NCBI GenBank assembly: GCA_964405685.1
Contig: CAYOOP010000001.1
Span: 270,922-334,921, forward strand
Direction of reading: 5' to 3'
DNA from: an uncultured Rickettsiales bacterium
GTDB lineage: Bacteria > Pseudomonadota > Alphaproteobacteria > Rickettsiales > SXRF01
DNA length: 64,000 bases
The notes under the pieces: model-generated
Databases searched by the model: none
Seen by the model: only the letters and a program-made list of their open reading frames with translations
Told to the model about the DNA's origin: nothing
Shown: one piece after another, positions 9,472 to 18,490 of the stretch
How the letters are laid out: every line of letters starts with the position of its first letter
Position numbering within the stretch: the first letter of the stretch is position 1
Program-made: the position numbers and the translations under genes

Positions 9472-9763
9472 GATTTTTACGCCTCATCCAGCACCGCGAT
9501 GCGGAAATCTACGGTAGGATCGAGGTGGTTGCGTGTTTCGGTGGTTGCCATAAGGGTCTCCTTGGTTGAAATGAGTCGGCGTAGCCATAAAAGGGTGGAA
9601 CCGGAGAATACCTATGCAAATCGTTCAACGATGTTGACGCACTTCTCCAGCTCCGGCCTGCCTGCCTAAGAGGGGTGCCTTGAGCAGGGAAACCATAGGA
9701 TGTTGGAAGCAGAATAAGAAAGAAAAACGGGAAATAAAGAGAAGATATCAAGAGCCTATAAAA

Positions 9764-11092
9764 TCACTTTTTGGCGTAGGGATTTTCGCCCTTTTTGATT
9801 TGCATGCGGATGGGGATGCCGGGGAGGTTAAACGCCTCGCGCAGATCGGTAATCAGGTAGCGTAAATAATGGCCGGGGACGTCGTCTAGATTCACAAATA
9901 GACGAAAGCTCGGCGGGCGGATGCCGGTTTGGGTGATGTAGCGAATTTTGAGACGACGGCCGTTAATGAGCGGCGGTGCGTGACGCTCGAGGGCACCTTC
10001 TAACCAGCGGTTTAGGCTACCGGTGGTGAGCTTGGTGTTCCAGAGAGCGTGTTGGGTAAAGGCGGTGGTCATCAAGGCTTTGAGGCCTTGTTTTTTGAGG
10101 CCCGACACGGGGATGACGGGCACGCCGCGCACTTGCGGCAGCACGTCGGTGATGCGTTCGGAAATATCTTCGATGAGCAATGGCACTTGCTCGGCCTGAT
10201 CGCATTTATTCACCGCGATGATAAGCGCGCGGCCTTCTTCGGCAGCGTCTGATGCGATCGTCAGATCTTGTTTTTCCATAGGCGCGCCAGCGTCGACCAT
10301 CAGCACCACGACTTCGGCGAAATTGACCGAGCGGCGCGTATCCATGGCGGCCAGTTTTTCAAGCACGTCGGAGACACGGCCGGATTTGCGCAAGCCCGCG
10401 GTGTCGATTAGCTCGACGGGTTTATTGTCCCACGTAAATGGAATCGCAATGGCATCGCGGGTGATGCCGGCTTCGGGGCCGGTGAGGACGCGTTCGTCTC
10501 TGAGCAATGCGTTGATGAGGGTGGATTTTCCAGCGTTCGGGCGGCCAACGATGGCGAGTTTGAGGGGGCGCTCTTTGGTTTTCTTTTCGGTTTCTTCGTC
10601 ATCGGGCATGAGGACGAGTACGGCTTGCAATAAATCGGAAATGCCTTCGCCGTGTTCGGCAGCAACAGGGATGGCCTCGCCGAAACCGAGGGAATACATG
10701 TCTCCCAAATTGCCGCGTGCGGCTTTGGTTTCGGATTTATTGGCGAGCAAAATGACTTTTTTGGCTTTGGTGCGTAAGAGTTTGGCGAAACGCTGATCTT
10801 CGGCATTGATGCCCGCGTTGGCATCCACCACAAACAGCGTAACACCAGCTTCGGCGACGGCTTTCAAAGATTGTTCGGTCATGCGTTCTTCAAGTGAATG
10901 CTTGCCTGCGAACTCAAGCCCGGCGGTATCGACTAGCTTGAACTCGATGCCGCCGATTGCGACGATACCTTCTTTGCGGTCGCGCGTGAGGCCGGGTTGA
11001 TCATGCACCAGCGCTGCGCGCGTTTTGGTAAGACGGTTAAACAGAGTGGATTTGCCGACGTTGGGGCGGCCTGCGATGGCGACGGTGAACAT
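9764..11092 (-). CDS. der: Ribosome-associated GTPase Der (EngA)
   Basis: Two G domains (GRPNVGKSTLFN and GRPNAGKSTLIN) followed by a KH-like C-terminus. Confidence 0.95.
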   Translation of the reverse strand: MFTVAIAGRPNVGKSTLFNRLTKTRAALVHDQPGLTRDRKEGIVAIGGIEFKLVDTAGLEFAGKHSLEERMTEQSLKAVAEAGVTLFVVDANAGINAEDQRFAKLLRTKAKKVILLANKSETKAARGNLGDMYSLGFGEAIPVAAEHGEGISDLLQAVLVLMPDDEETEKKTKERPLKLAIVGRPNAGKSTLINALLRDERVLTGPEAGITRDAIAIPFTWDNKPVELIDTAGLRKSGRVSDVLEKLAAMDTRRSVNFAEVVVLMVDAGAPMEKQDLTIASDAAEEGRALIIAVNKCDQAEQVPLLIEDISERITDVLPQVRGVPVIPVSGLKKQGLKALMTTAFTQHALWNTKLTTGSLNRWLEGALERHAPPLINGRRLKIRYITQTGIRPPSFRLFVNLDDVPGHYLRYLITDLREAFNLPGIPIRMQIKKGENPYAKK

Positions 11093-11093
11093 A

Positions 11094-12380
11094 TCAATAC
11101 AATGCCACGAGTTCGGCGTTTTTGCGCACGACGATCATCCGCATACCACTGACAAGCGGTGTGGCGTAGATATCATCGGGGATTTCGATGGTGCCTATTT
11201 CGCTGCCGTTTGTGGGGTTAAACGCTTTCATTTCGCCGTGAGCACCGGCGACATAGAGCTTGCCGCCAGCCATGACGGGGCCGCTCCAATGGTAGGGATC
11301 TTTTTTATCTTTCGCATCTTCGTAGCGCGGCAAGGTCGCCACCCAAAACACGCGGCCATCGAGACGGTTAAAAGCGATGAGTGTAGCATCTGAGGACAAG
11401 AGGAATAAGGCGTTGCCAACCACCAGCGGGGTTTGCATAGACACGACCGGCTGCTCCCATACGCGCAGACCGTTATCCAGGCGGTAAGCGGCCAAGATGC
11501 CGGAGGCGCTTGCGACATAAAGTGCATTGCCAGCGATCACCGGGTCGCCACCGAAGCCGTTGAAATCGGACGTAGCGATCATGCGTTTGGAGGCGCTCAC
11601 CATATCCGACCAAATTTCGCTGCCGTCGGATTGCTGCACGACTTTGAGTTCGCCGGAGGATAGCGGTGCGATGAGGCCGCCGTTGACGGTAAGGGGTGAG
11701 GCGAGTGCGAGGAAACTTGAGCCTTCGTCGATCCCGCGCGTGGTCCACACACTAGCACCAGTAGCAGCATCGAGCGCAAAAATTTGGCTATCGACGGTGA
11801 CGATGAACACGCGACCGCCATCCACCGCGGGAGTGGAGCGCACGGGGATTTTAATATCCTGCCGCCAGAGTTCGCGGCCGGTAGCAGCATCCAGGGCGGC
11901 GATCAATCCATTGCCAGAAACGGCGTAAAGCACGCCGCCGCTCATGGTAAGGCCGCCGGTTAACATGGTATTTTCATCTTCATCGGCAACGCCGGCAGCG
12001 CGCCAGAGGACGCGAGAAATGTTTTGCGCATCGTGAGCGGAAATATTTCCTGCGGCATCCATGACATAGATGACGTTGCTGGCGATGACAGGTTGCGGTG
12101 TGACGCCGTAGGTGAAATCGCGGCCGTTGCCGATCGTTTCAGAGACACGCACGCTTAGGGTTTCGGGAAAGCTCTCGGCCGGTGGAAGCTCCGGCGGCGT
12201 GGCCGCAAGCGAGCTATCGGGCACCAGCTGTGTATCAGACTTCAAAGCTTCAAGGCGTGTGCCTTCAGCTTTTTTGGTTTCGGCCGGCGTGTCGATCGAG
12301 CGCCACCAGCTGCATGCACAGAGGCTTAGAATCAGCGCTGTTGTAACGAGGAGTTTAGTGCTTGGCAAGGGCATCGGCAT
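11094..12380 (-). CDS. bamB: PQQ-repeat beta-propeller lipoprotein, BamB-like
   Basis: Signal peptide and lipobox (LILSLCAC), then repeated ...G.LYV....G.L.A.D..TG...W blades. The conserved yfgM-bamB-der order holds. I chose the internal start at 12380 (ORF extends to 12443). Confidence 0.75.
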   Translation of the reverse strand: MPMPLPSTKLLVTTALILSLCACSWWRSIDTPAETKKAEGTRLEALKSDTQLVPDSSLAATPPELPPAESFPETLSVRVSETIGNGRDFTYGVTPQPVIASNVIYVMDAAGNISAHDAQNISRVLWRAAGVADEDENTMLTGGLTMSGGVLYAVSGNGLIAALDAATGRELWRQDIKIPVRSTPAVDGGRVFIVTVDSQIFALDAATGASVWTTRGIDEGSSFLALASPLTVNGGLIAPLSSGELKVVQQSDGSEIWSDMVSASKRMIATSDFNGFGGDPVIAGNALYVASASGILAAYRLDNGLRVWEQPVVSMQTPLVVGNALFLLSSDATLIAFNRLDGRVFWVATLPRYEDAKDKKDPYHWSGPVMAGGKLYVAGAHGEMKAFNPTNGSEIGTIEIPDDIYATPLVSGMRMIVVRKNAELVALY

Positions 12381-12909
12381 GTTGCTCGGTAAAGCGGGAA
12401 AGGGCTTCGGCGCGTTCACGCATGGTAGGTGGCACGTTCTCATTGGCTTTCAAGGCTGCGAGTGATTTTTTAGCATCCTCCACCTTGTTTTTTTCCATCG
12501 CTTGCACGGCCTGATTTTCTAACATCACCGGCGCAAAAGCTTCGTTGTTACTTTTGGGGGCTTCTTGCGCATAGGCGCGGGCGAAGGATTGCAGCGCCGG
12601 GTCGGTGGCGGCTTTGGCGGCTTCCGCATAAGCGCCGGTGTTGAGCAAGGCAATGGCTTGGGCGTTGCCGGTGGTGTTTTTAGCAGCGTCTTTCCAGGCT
12701 TCAGGTGTATTTTTCTCAGCAGCCACGAGCAGCACATCGGTTGCTTTCATGTGGGCATTAAGCCGCATGGTTTTCCAGGCTTGCACGCCAACAGTTGCAA
12801 CCACAATAGCAATCGCCGCCGCGATACCAAAACTGCCATAGCGCTGCCAGAGCACGCGGTATTTTTCGCGCACCATGTCTTCTTGTACTTCGCGGAGGAA
12901 TTCTTCCAT
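12355..12909 (-). CDS. Membrane-anchored TPR-like protein (YfgM-like)
   Basis: 184 aa with one N-terminal TM helix (GIAAAIAIVVATVGVQAW) and an Ala-rich helical C-terminus. Sits immediately upstream of bamB-der, as in other Proteobacteria. Confidence 0.55.
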   Translation of the reverse strand: MEEFLREVQEDMVREKYRVLWQRYGSFGIAAAIAIVVATVGVQAWKTMRLNAHMKATDVLLVAAEKNTPEAWKDAAKNTTGNAQAIALLNTGAYAEAAKAATDPALQSFARAYAQEAPKSNNEAFAPVMLENQAVQAMEKNKVEDAKKSLAALKANENVPPTMRERAEALSRFTEQHADALAKH

Positions 12910-12961
12910 GCCTAACTCCTAAGTTGAGAGCCATGCATCATAGTGCAAAATGCGAGAGTGT

Positions 12962-13462
12962 CTAGGCTCTACTGTGGGCTGAAACCACCATGGTTTTGGT
13001 TATTTTATCGTAGAGCGCCTGCCTGTTTTTGTTTAGAAAAACAGAGCCATAGTTCAAGAGGCTATAAAGAGTAAAAACGATAAGTCCTACACTTTTTGCT
13101 GCATCTCCCCACGACACGGCAAAGAGTACAAGCGCCCCAAAACTCATAAATAATAGAATGGGCAGCATTTTAAGTGCGCTTCTTTGATATGCTTTACTAA
13201 AGGATAGGCTTTTTCCGTTCTCATCCACCACTTGTAATTTCATCACTCTTTTACCAAGAGTGGAACGCGTCAAGGGGCCTTCCAGCAGCGCAAAGTAAGA
13301 TACGATGAATACCACCACCAACATCAAATCAACTATCCAGGCGCTATTCGATGTATGAGGAAGAAACGCTTTATTGATTAAGAAGACTATTGTCCGATAG
13401 ATCAGAAAATCAATTGCAAATGCTATCGCTCGATGTGTAAGGGGTGCGGGCGTTAATGTCAT
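12962..13462 (-). CDS. RDD-family membrane protein
   Basis: The N-terminal HRAIAFAIDFLIYRTIVFLI (R..A..iD) pattern and 3-4 TM helices. 4-nt overlap with trxB. Confidence 0.65.
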   Translation of the reverse strand: MTLTPAPLTHRAIAFAIDFLIYRTIVFLINKAFLPHTSNSAWIVDLMLVVVFIVSYFALLEGPLTRSTLGKRVMKLQVVDENGKSLSFSKAYQRSALKMLPILLFMSFGALVLFAVSWGDAAKSVGLIVFTLYSLLNYGSVFLNKNRQALYDKITKTMVVSAHSRA

Positions 13463-14406
13463 AGCTTGCCGGTGTTAGACAGCCAGCGCTCGGCTTCGAG
13501 TGCCGCCATACAGCCGGTGCCAGCGGCGGTGACGGCCTGGCGGAAGGTTTTATCCTGCACGTCGCCTGCGGCGAAGACGCCGGGGATGTTGGTGCGGGTG
13601 CTACCGGGGACAGTTTCGATATAGCCTTCGGCATCCACATGGATTTGGCCTTTGAACAAATCCGTATTGGGCACATGACCAATGGCGATAAAGGCACCGG
13701 TGACGGAGAGCTCAGAGAGCTTGCCGGTAATCACATTGCGTAGGCGTAGTGTGGTAAGCGAAGGTGGGTTTTGCGTGCCGACAAATTCATCGATCACCGA
13801 ATCCCAGATCACAGAGATTTTCGGGTGTTTAAGCAAGCGTTCTTGCCCAATTTTTTCGGCGCGCAGTTTATCACGGCGATGAATTAGCGTCACCTTGCTT
13901 GCGATATTGGAAAGATAAAGCGCTTCTTCCACCGCGCTGTTGCCGCCGCCGATGACGGCCACTTCCTGGTCTTTGAAGAAAAATCCATCGCAGGTCGCGC
14001 AAGCCGAAATGCCGAAACCGGCAAAATCTTTTTCACTTGGAATTCCGAGCCAGCGGGCGGTGGCCCCGGTTGCAATGACTACGGTATCGGCGGTGTAGGT
14101 GTTTCCGGAATCACCTTTAGCGGTGAAGGGGGTCGCATTAAGGTCGATTTCAATGATCGTATCGTCAAAGATTTCAGTGCCGACGTGAGCGGCTTGTTTT
14201 TCCATTTGCTCCATGAGCCACGGACCTTGAACAGCGTGTTCAAAACCAGGATAGTTTTCAACATCGTTAGTGATGGTAAGCTGGCCACCTGGTTGTAAGC
14301 CCCTGACCATGATCGGTTTTAACATGGCGCGGGCGGCATAAATAGCGGCGGTGCAACCGGCAGAGCCAGAGCCGATGACGAGGAGTTTCGTGTGATGTGC
14401 GGTCAT
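13459..14406 (-). CDS. trxB: Thioredoxin-disulfide reductase
   Basis: GSGSAGCTAAIYAAR FAD site, redox-active CATCDG, GGGNSAVEEALYL NADPH site and C-terminal GDV.D..FRQAVTAAGTGCMAALEAE. Confidence 0.96.
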   Translation of the reverse strand: MTAHHTKLLVIGSGSAGCTAAIYAARAMLKPIMVRGLQPGGQLTITNDVENYPGFEHAVQGPWLMEQMEKQAAHVGTEIFDDTIIEIDLNATPFTAKGDSGNTYTADTVVIATGATARWLGIPSEKDFAGFGISACATCDGFFFKDQEVAVIGGGNSAVEEALYLSNIASKVTLIHRRDKLRAEKIGQERLLKHPKISVIWDSVIDEFVGTQNPPSLTTLRLRNVITGKLSELSVTGAFIAIGHVPNTDLFKGQIHVDAEGYIETVPGSTRTNIPGVFAAGDVQDKTFRQAVTAAGTGCMAALEAERWLSNTGKL

Positions 14407-14428
14407 GGCCTTTGAGACTAAGAGGTGG

Positions 14429-15238
14429 TTAGATAAATTGCAAGCAGTCTAAATTCGCAACATTCATGCGCGCATTGGTTTCGGCCTGCACTTTGGGTTT
14501 CGCACGGAAGGCAACGCCGAGACCGGCGGTTTTCAGCATCGGCAAATCATTCGCGCCGTCGCCGATTGCGAGCACTTCGGTGGTAGAAATTCCGATTTTT
14601 CTTACAGTTGAGTGCAATGTTTCCAGCTTGGCTTCCTTGCCGAGGATTGGGGGGATGACGTTGCCGGTTAGTTTGCCACCCGCCACTTCTAAGCGGTTGG
14701 CGTGGTCTTCGTCAAAGCCGAGGGCTTTAGCAACACGAGAGGTAAAAAACGTAAATCCGCCGGAGACGAGGACGCTATAGCCACCGCGTGTTTTAAACGT
14801 GTGCACGAGTGTTTCAGCGCCGGGCATCATCTTCACGCGCGTGGCGTAGCATTCTTCCAACGTAGATTCGGGCAAGCCTTTGAGGAGGGCGACACGTTCG
14901 GTGAGTGCCGCTTCAAAATCAAGTTCGCCGCGCATGGCTTTTTCGGTGATGGCGGCGACATGTGCTTTTTTGCCAACAAAATCGGCCAGTTCGTCGATGC
15001 ACTCGACGGTGATCATCGTCGAATCCATATCCGAAATGATCAAGCGTTTCTGTGGAAACGGGTGGGTTTGTGTGATGACATCCATGGTTGCAGTAGCATC
15101 CGGCGCGGAAGCCGCAACGTAGCTATAGGCAATGCCTGGGGTGTGAATGGTAAAAGAGTCGCCATTTGTTGCAAGCGCTTTGGCAGCATCAAGCGCGAGC
15201 GGTGCGTTGGGATGGGCAAATAGGGAAATATGCAGCAT
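14429..15238 (-). CDS. serB: Phosphoserine phosphatase SerB (HAD family)
   Basis: DMDSTMI (DxDxT), VSGGF, GDGANDLPML and a C-terminus typical of SerB. Confidence 0.85.
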   Translation of the reverse strand: MLHISLFAHPNAPLALDAAKALATNGDSFTIHTPGIAYSYVAASAPDATATMDVITQTHPFPQKRLIISDMDSTMITVECIDELADFVGKKAHVAAITEKAMRGELDFEAALTERVALLKGLPESTLEECYATRVKMMPGAETLVHTFKTRGGYSVLVSGGFTFFTSRVAKALGFDEDHANRLEVAGGKLTGNVIPPILGKEAKLETLHSTVRKIGISTTEVLAIGDGANDLPMLKTAGLGVAFRAKPKVQAETNARMNVANLDCLQFI

Positions 15239-15345
15239 TAGTGGAAGCGGACGAGGGTAATGCCGAAAAAGGTGAGCGCAAGCAGAACCAACACTGCAAC
15301 CATCGCCAAATTCTTTGAGCGCTTACGCTGATGGAGCTCAGTCAT
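15238..15345 (-). CDS. Hypothetical 35-aa single-TM protein
   Basis: MTELHQRKRSKNLAMVAVLVLLALTFFGITLVRFH. Its start overlaps the upstream ORF's stop (ATGACTGA), suggesting translational coupling. Confidence 0.35.
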   Translation of the reverse strand: MTELHQRKRSKNLAMVAVLVLLALTFFGITLVRFH

Positions 15346-15532
15346 TGGCATCGGGCGTGCTTTCATCATAGGCGGCAACGTCTTCGGAATTTTTAAAGCC
15401 ACCGCTTCGGGCGATGCGGATAAAGTCGAGTACAATCAGGATCAAAATGGTGCTGAGGCTGCCCAGCACGAAGCTCATACCCATCAGGTAGACGGTCATG
15501 TTTGTCAGTGAATGTACGGTCGATGGATTCAT
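15338..15532 (-). CDS. Hypothetical 64-aa membrane protein
   Basis: Starts 4 nt before the ctaB stop. One TM segment (VYLMGMSFVLGSLSTILILIVLDF) and an acidic tail. Confidence 0.4.
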   Translation of the reverse strand: MNPSTVHSLTNMTVYLMGMSFVLGSLSTILILIVLDFIRIARSGGFKNSEDVAAYDESTPDAND

Positions 15533-16413
15533 AAGCCTCCCAAAAAATCTACCAGCATCATAGCAAGCAGTGCGAATAAATAAAGGATAGAATAGCCGAA
15601 GAGTTTTTTGGCAGGAAGATCGCTCTCACTGCGCACAACCTGGTAAGTACGGGTGACGAATAGACCGCCGAGGATGGCGGCACTCACACCATAAACCATA
15701 CCCAGATCACCCATCAAACTGGGCACAAGCGTAATGGCAACAAGAAGAATGCTATAACGCAACATCAGTTTTTTGGTGGCCGGAAGACCGGCAACGACCG
15801 GCATCATTGGAATACCGGCGCGTTTGTAATCCGAGTTGCGGTAGAGCGCGAGTGCCCAGAAATGCGGTGGCGTCCACAGGAAAATGATCAGGAATAAAAT
15901 CCATGGCAACACGGCCATTTGCCCACAAGCGGCAAGCCAGCCGATGACAGGAGGGAAGGCACCTGCTGCGCCGCCAATCACGATGTTTTGCGGCGTAGCA
16001 CGTTTGAGCCACATGGTGTAAATCACTGCATAAAAGAAAATGGCGAAAGCGAGCATGCCTGCAGCAGTCCAGTTGGTCGCCAAACCTAACGTCATCACTG
16101 CGAAAATACCGAGAATGATACCAAATCCGAGCGCGTTGTGAGAATTAATGCGGCCGGCAGGCACCGGGCGGCCCATAGTGCGCAGCATTTGCGCGTCGAT
16201 ATCGCGGTCGAACCACATGTTGATCGCCCCGCCGGCGCCGGAACCGGCGGCGATCGTTAGGATAATAATGAATTGGATAAAGGGGTGGACCGTACCGGGA
16301 GCCAGCCACATACCAACCGCGCCGGAAAAGACCACAAGCGACATCACACCGGGTTTGAGTAGTGTGATATAGTCGCCGACGCTGGATTCGAGGGGGAGAG
16401 TGGTTGATTGCAT
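15529..16413 (-). CDS. ctaB: Protoheme IX farnesyltransferase (heme O synthase)
   Basis: 294 aa, UbiA-type polytopic protein. DYITLLKPGVMSLVVF, NMWFDRDIDAQM..T..RP and TPPHFWALAL are heme O synthase motifs. Confidence 0.92.
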   Translation of the reverse strand: MQSTTLPLESSVGDYITLLKPGVMSLVVFSGAVGMWLAPGTVHPFIQFIIILTIAAGSGAGGAINMWFDRDIDAQMLRTMGRPVPAGRINSHNALGFGIILGIFAVMTLGLATNWTAAGMLAFAIFFYAVIYTMWLKRATPQNIVIGGAAGAFPPVIGWLAACGQMAVLPWILFLIIFLWTPPHFWALALYRNSDYKRAGIPMMPVVAGLPATKKLMLRYSILLVAITLVPSLMGDLGMVYGVSAAILGGLFVTRTYQVVRSESDLPAKKLFGYSILYLFALLAMMLVDFLGGL

Positions 16414-16508
16414 GGAGGGGTTAAACCACAGCTTGTGTAAGGGTCCAAGGAGTTTTTGAGTCTTGAATGTTTGCAGAGCCTGTGCGATAGGCTAGAGCCT
16501 CTGATAAT

Positions 16509-16582
16509 GCGGGTGTAGTTCAATGGTAGAACGGCAGCCTTCCAAGCTGCATACGAGGGTTCGATTCCCTTCACCCGCTCCA
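16509..16582 (+). tRNA. tRNA-Gly (anticodon UCC)
   Basis: Acceptor GCGGGTG/CACCCGC, anticodon loop CTTCCAA, T-arm GAGGG-TTCGATT-CCCTT, and T-CCA encoded. Confidence 0.93.
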
Positions 16583-16695
16583 CCCTTCGCCTACGGCTTC
16601 GGGTGGCTTACGCCACTTGCGTAAGACGCACGAAGGCCGTGCTTAGGCGAAGGAGTGTCCGTCGTAGCTCGCGAAGTGAGCGAAGTCGGACTATA
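16583..16695. repeat. Nested-hairpin structured element immediately 3' of tRNA-Gly
   Basis: CCTTCGCCTACGGC pairs with GCCGTGCTTAGGCGAAGG. Inner hairpin CTTACGC-CACTT-GCGTAAG, plus GTCCG...CGGAC. Confidence 0.4.
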
Positions 16696-16839
16696 TTGAC
16701 TGGGTCCATCTTTCCACCCGCTTCATCAAACACATCATCATAAATAATGGTATGTTTTACATCAATAATATAGATGTTTATTAAAATATTAACCATAAAG
16801 ATGGTATTATCGATAGGCAGTTAAACAAGGGATTCCATC

Positions 16840-17334
16840 ATGTCTGATAATTTGCCGTCATCGCGTCGAGAAATTAGACCTGCGCAAAACGCTCTACAGA
16901 AATCCGAATCTGATTGCGTTAAAAATGCCTCTATTAAATACGACAACACACTCGCTTCTGAGGGTAATAAATATCCTTCAGCGTGCCACAGTTTTGTGTT
17001 TGATATAGAGCTTGATCCAGGGCAGTGGCGCACAATGAATGCTGAACAACGCCAAGCCGTAAGGGATCATTTTGCAAAAATTATATATGAAGATATCCCG
17101 GCTACAGCAATGGAAAATCTAGATATACGTGATTATAACGATTCAAGCAAACCTGCGAAAAGTTTACAACGTAGCTTTTGTAGAGATGCAATTGATTTAG
17201 GTGGCAGACTAGTTTTAAGTGGTAGCGTTATGTTTTTTGATCACCAAGTGACAAATAAAGCAGCATTGCCAGGAGTAATTGGCAGCATCGAAGGAATGGG
17301 TTCTCAAGCACCCTCCCTCCGGTTAGGGTCATAA
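16840..17334 (+). CDS. Hypothetical protein (orphan, in an AT-rich segment)
   Basis: 164-aa ORF preceded by a very AT-rich 140-bp region. I see no recognisable domain. Confidence 0.5.
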   Translation: MSDNLPSSRREIRPAQNALQKSESDCVKNASIKYDNTLASEGNKYPSACHSFVFDIELDPGQWRTMNAEQRQAVRDHFAKIIYEDIPATAMENLDIRDYNDSSKPAKSLQRSFCRDAIDLGGRLVLSGSVMFFDHQVTNKAALPGVIGSIEGMGSQAPSLRLGS

Positions 17335-17395
17335 AAGCAATAACTCAAAATTCTTCACTTTTCCAGAATCTAGTTTAAATTTTCGTGACGCCTCA

Positions 17396-18100
17396 TTAGC
17401 TATTCGCCAACAGATAGAGCCCTATCGCACACGCGTTGGAAACATTCAAGCTTTCCATGCGCGAGGAGATGGGGAATTTGACGAGTTGGTCGCAGCGTTC
17501 AGCGACCAAGCGGCGCAAGCCCTCGCCTTCCGCGCCCATCACAAGCGCGGTGTTACGCTTCAGTTTGGCCTCCTGGAAGGTGGTTTTCGTGTGGCCGTCC
17601 AATCCCACCACCCAATAGCCTTTGTCTTTGAGTTCGAGCAGAGCGTTGGAAATATTGGTGACGTAGACCATGGGCACGATGTCGAGCGCGCCGCTGGCGG
17701 CTTTGGCGAGTACGCCGGATTCTTGCGGGGAGTGGCGTTCTTGGACGATGACACAGGCCACATCAAACGCGGCGGCGGTGCGCAGCATCGCGCCGACATT
17801 GTGGGGATCGGTAACCTGATCGAGCACCAAGATAGGTTTTTCGGACTTGGTGACGACATCATCAAGCGTGAGGGGCTCTAGGTTTTCGACTAGTGCTGCA
17901 ACTCCTTGATGTACAGCATCTTTTCCAACGTATTTTTCAATATCGGTTGGCTTGGCGATTTCGCATTTGAGTTTGCGGGTTTGCGCGAGAGCTTGTAGTT
18001 TGGGAGCCTGCTGATCACTCACCAATACGCGCTTAATGCGCCGCTCGGGGTGATTCAGCGCCGCTTCCACGCTATGAAAACCGTAGAGCCAATAGGTCAT
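17396..18100 (-). CDS. rlmB: 23S rRNA (guanosine-2'-O)-methyltransferase RlmB (TrmH/SpoU family)
   Basis: YGFHSVEAAL N-terminal substrate-binding domain, then LDQVTDPHNVGAMLRTAAAF, LVMGAEGEGLR and ESLNVSNACAI SpoU motifs. Confidence 0.85.
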   Translation of the reverse strand: MTYWLYGFHSVEAALNHPERRIKRVLVSDQQAPKLQALAQTRKLKCEIAKPTDIEKYVGKDAVHQGVAALVENLEPLTLDDVVTKSEKPILVLDQVTDPHNVGAMLRTAAAFDVACVIVQERHSPQESGVLAKAASGALDIVPMVYVTNISNALLELKDKGYWVVGLDGHTKTTFQEAKLKRNTALVMGAEGEGLRRLVAERCDQLVKFPISSRMESLNVSNACAIGLYLLANS

Positions 18101-18269
18101 ACACATTCAAGGGAGATAGGTGAATTGACTTTTAGATGCCCGTTGGTGTACAAGCTTGCTTCCCTAAAGGCAAGGCTTGCCTTAACAAGGGCGACAGCCC
18201 ATCCTACGCCCTTTGGGCTTCGGAGGGCACAATGTTTTCTAGCGCGCGTTGCGCGCAAGAAAACCTAGT

Positions 18270-18355
18270 GGTGGAGTGGCCGAGTGGTCAATGGCAGCAG
18301 ACTGTAAATCTGCCCGCGTAAGCGTTCGCTGGTTCAAATCCAGCCTCCACCACCA
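18270..18355 (+). tRNA. tRNA-Tyr (anticodon GUA)
   Basis: Acceptor GGTGGAG/CTCCACC, anticodon loop CTGTAAA, long variable arm, T-arm GCTGG-TTCAAAT-CCAGC, and A-CCA encoded. Confidence 0.93.
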
Positions 18356-18490
18356 TAACTTCGTTAAGCGTATCTATTTGTATTTAAATAATAGATATTG
18401 CTCCTTCAGTTGTAATAAAAGCTTAATTTTTATTATAAATAAGGCTGTGGTAGAATTGAGAGTGAACATCACTCTAACCGTAAAACTTCT

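Noticed and set aside
9509-9751. 80-aa minus-strand ORF downstream of der.
   Set aside because: The composition is odd (FPFFFLILL followed by Pro/Arg/Ser-rich text). It has no ribosome-binding site and no motif. The region is more likely non-coding spacer.
16700-16725. Possible degenerate direct repeat of the tRNA-Gly 3' end (TTCCACCCGCTTCA), which would act as an att site.
   Set aside because: The match is only about 12 nt and needs an indel. It lies 125 bp from the tRNA and encloses no genes, so it is too weak to call an integration scar.
16608-16796. 62-aa minus-strand ORF next to tRNA-Gly.
   Set aside because: It spans the hairpin element and the AT-rich spacer. It is most likely an artefact of low-complexity sequence.
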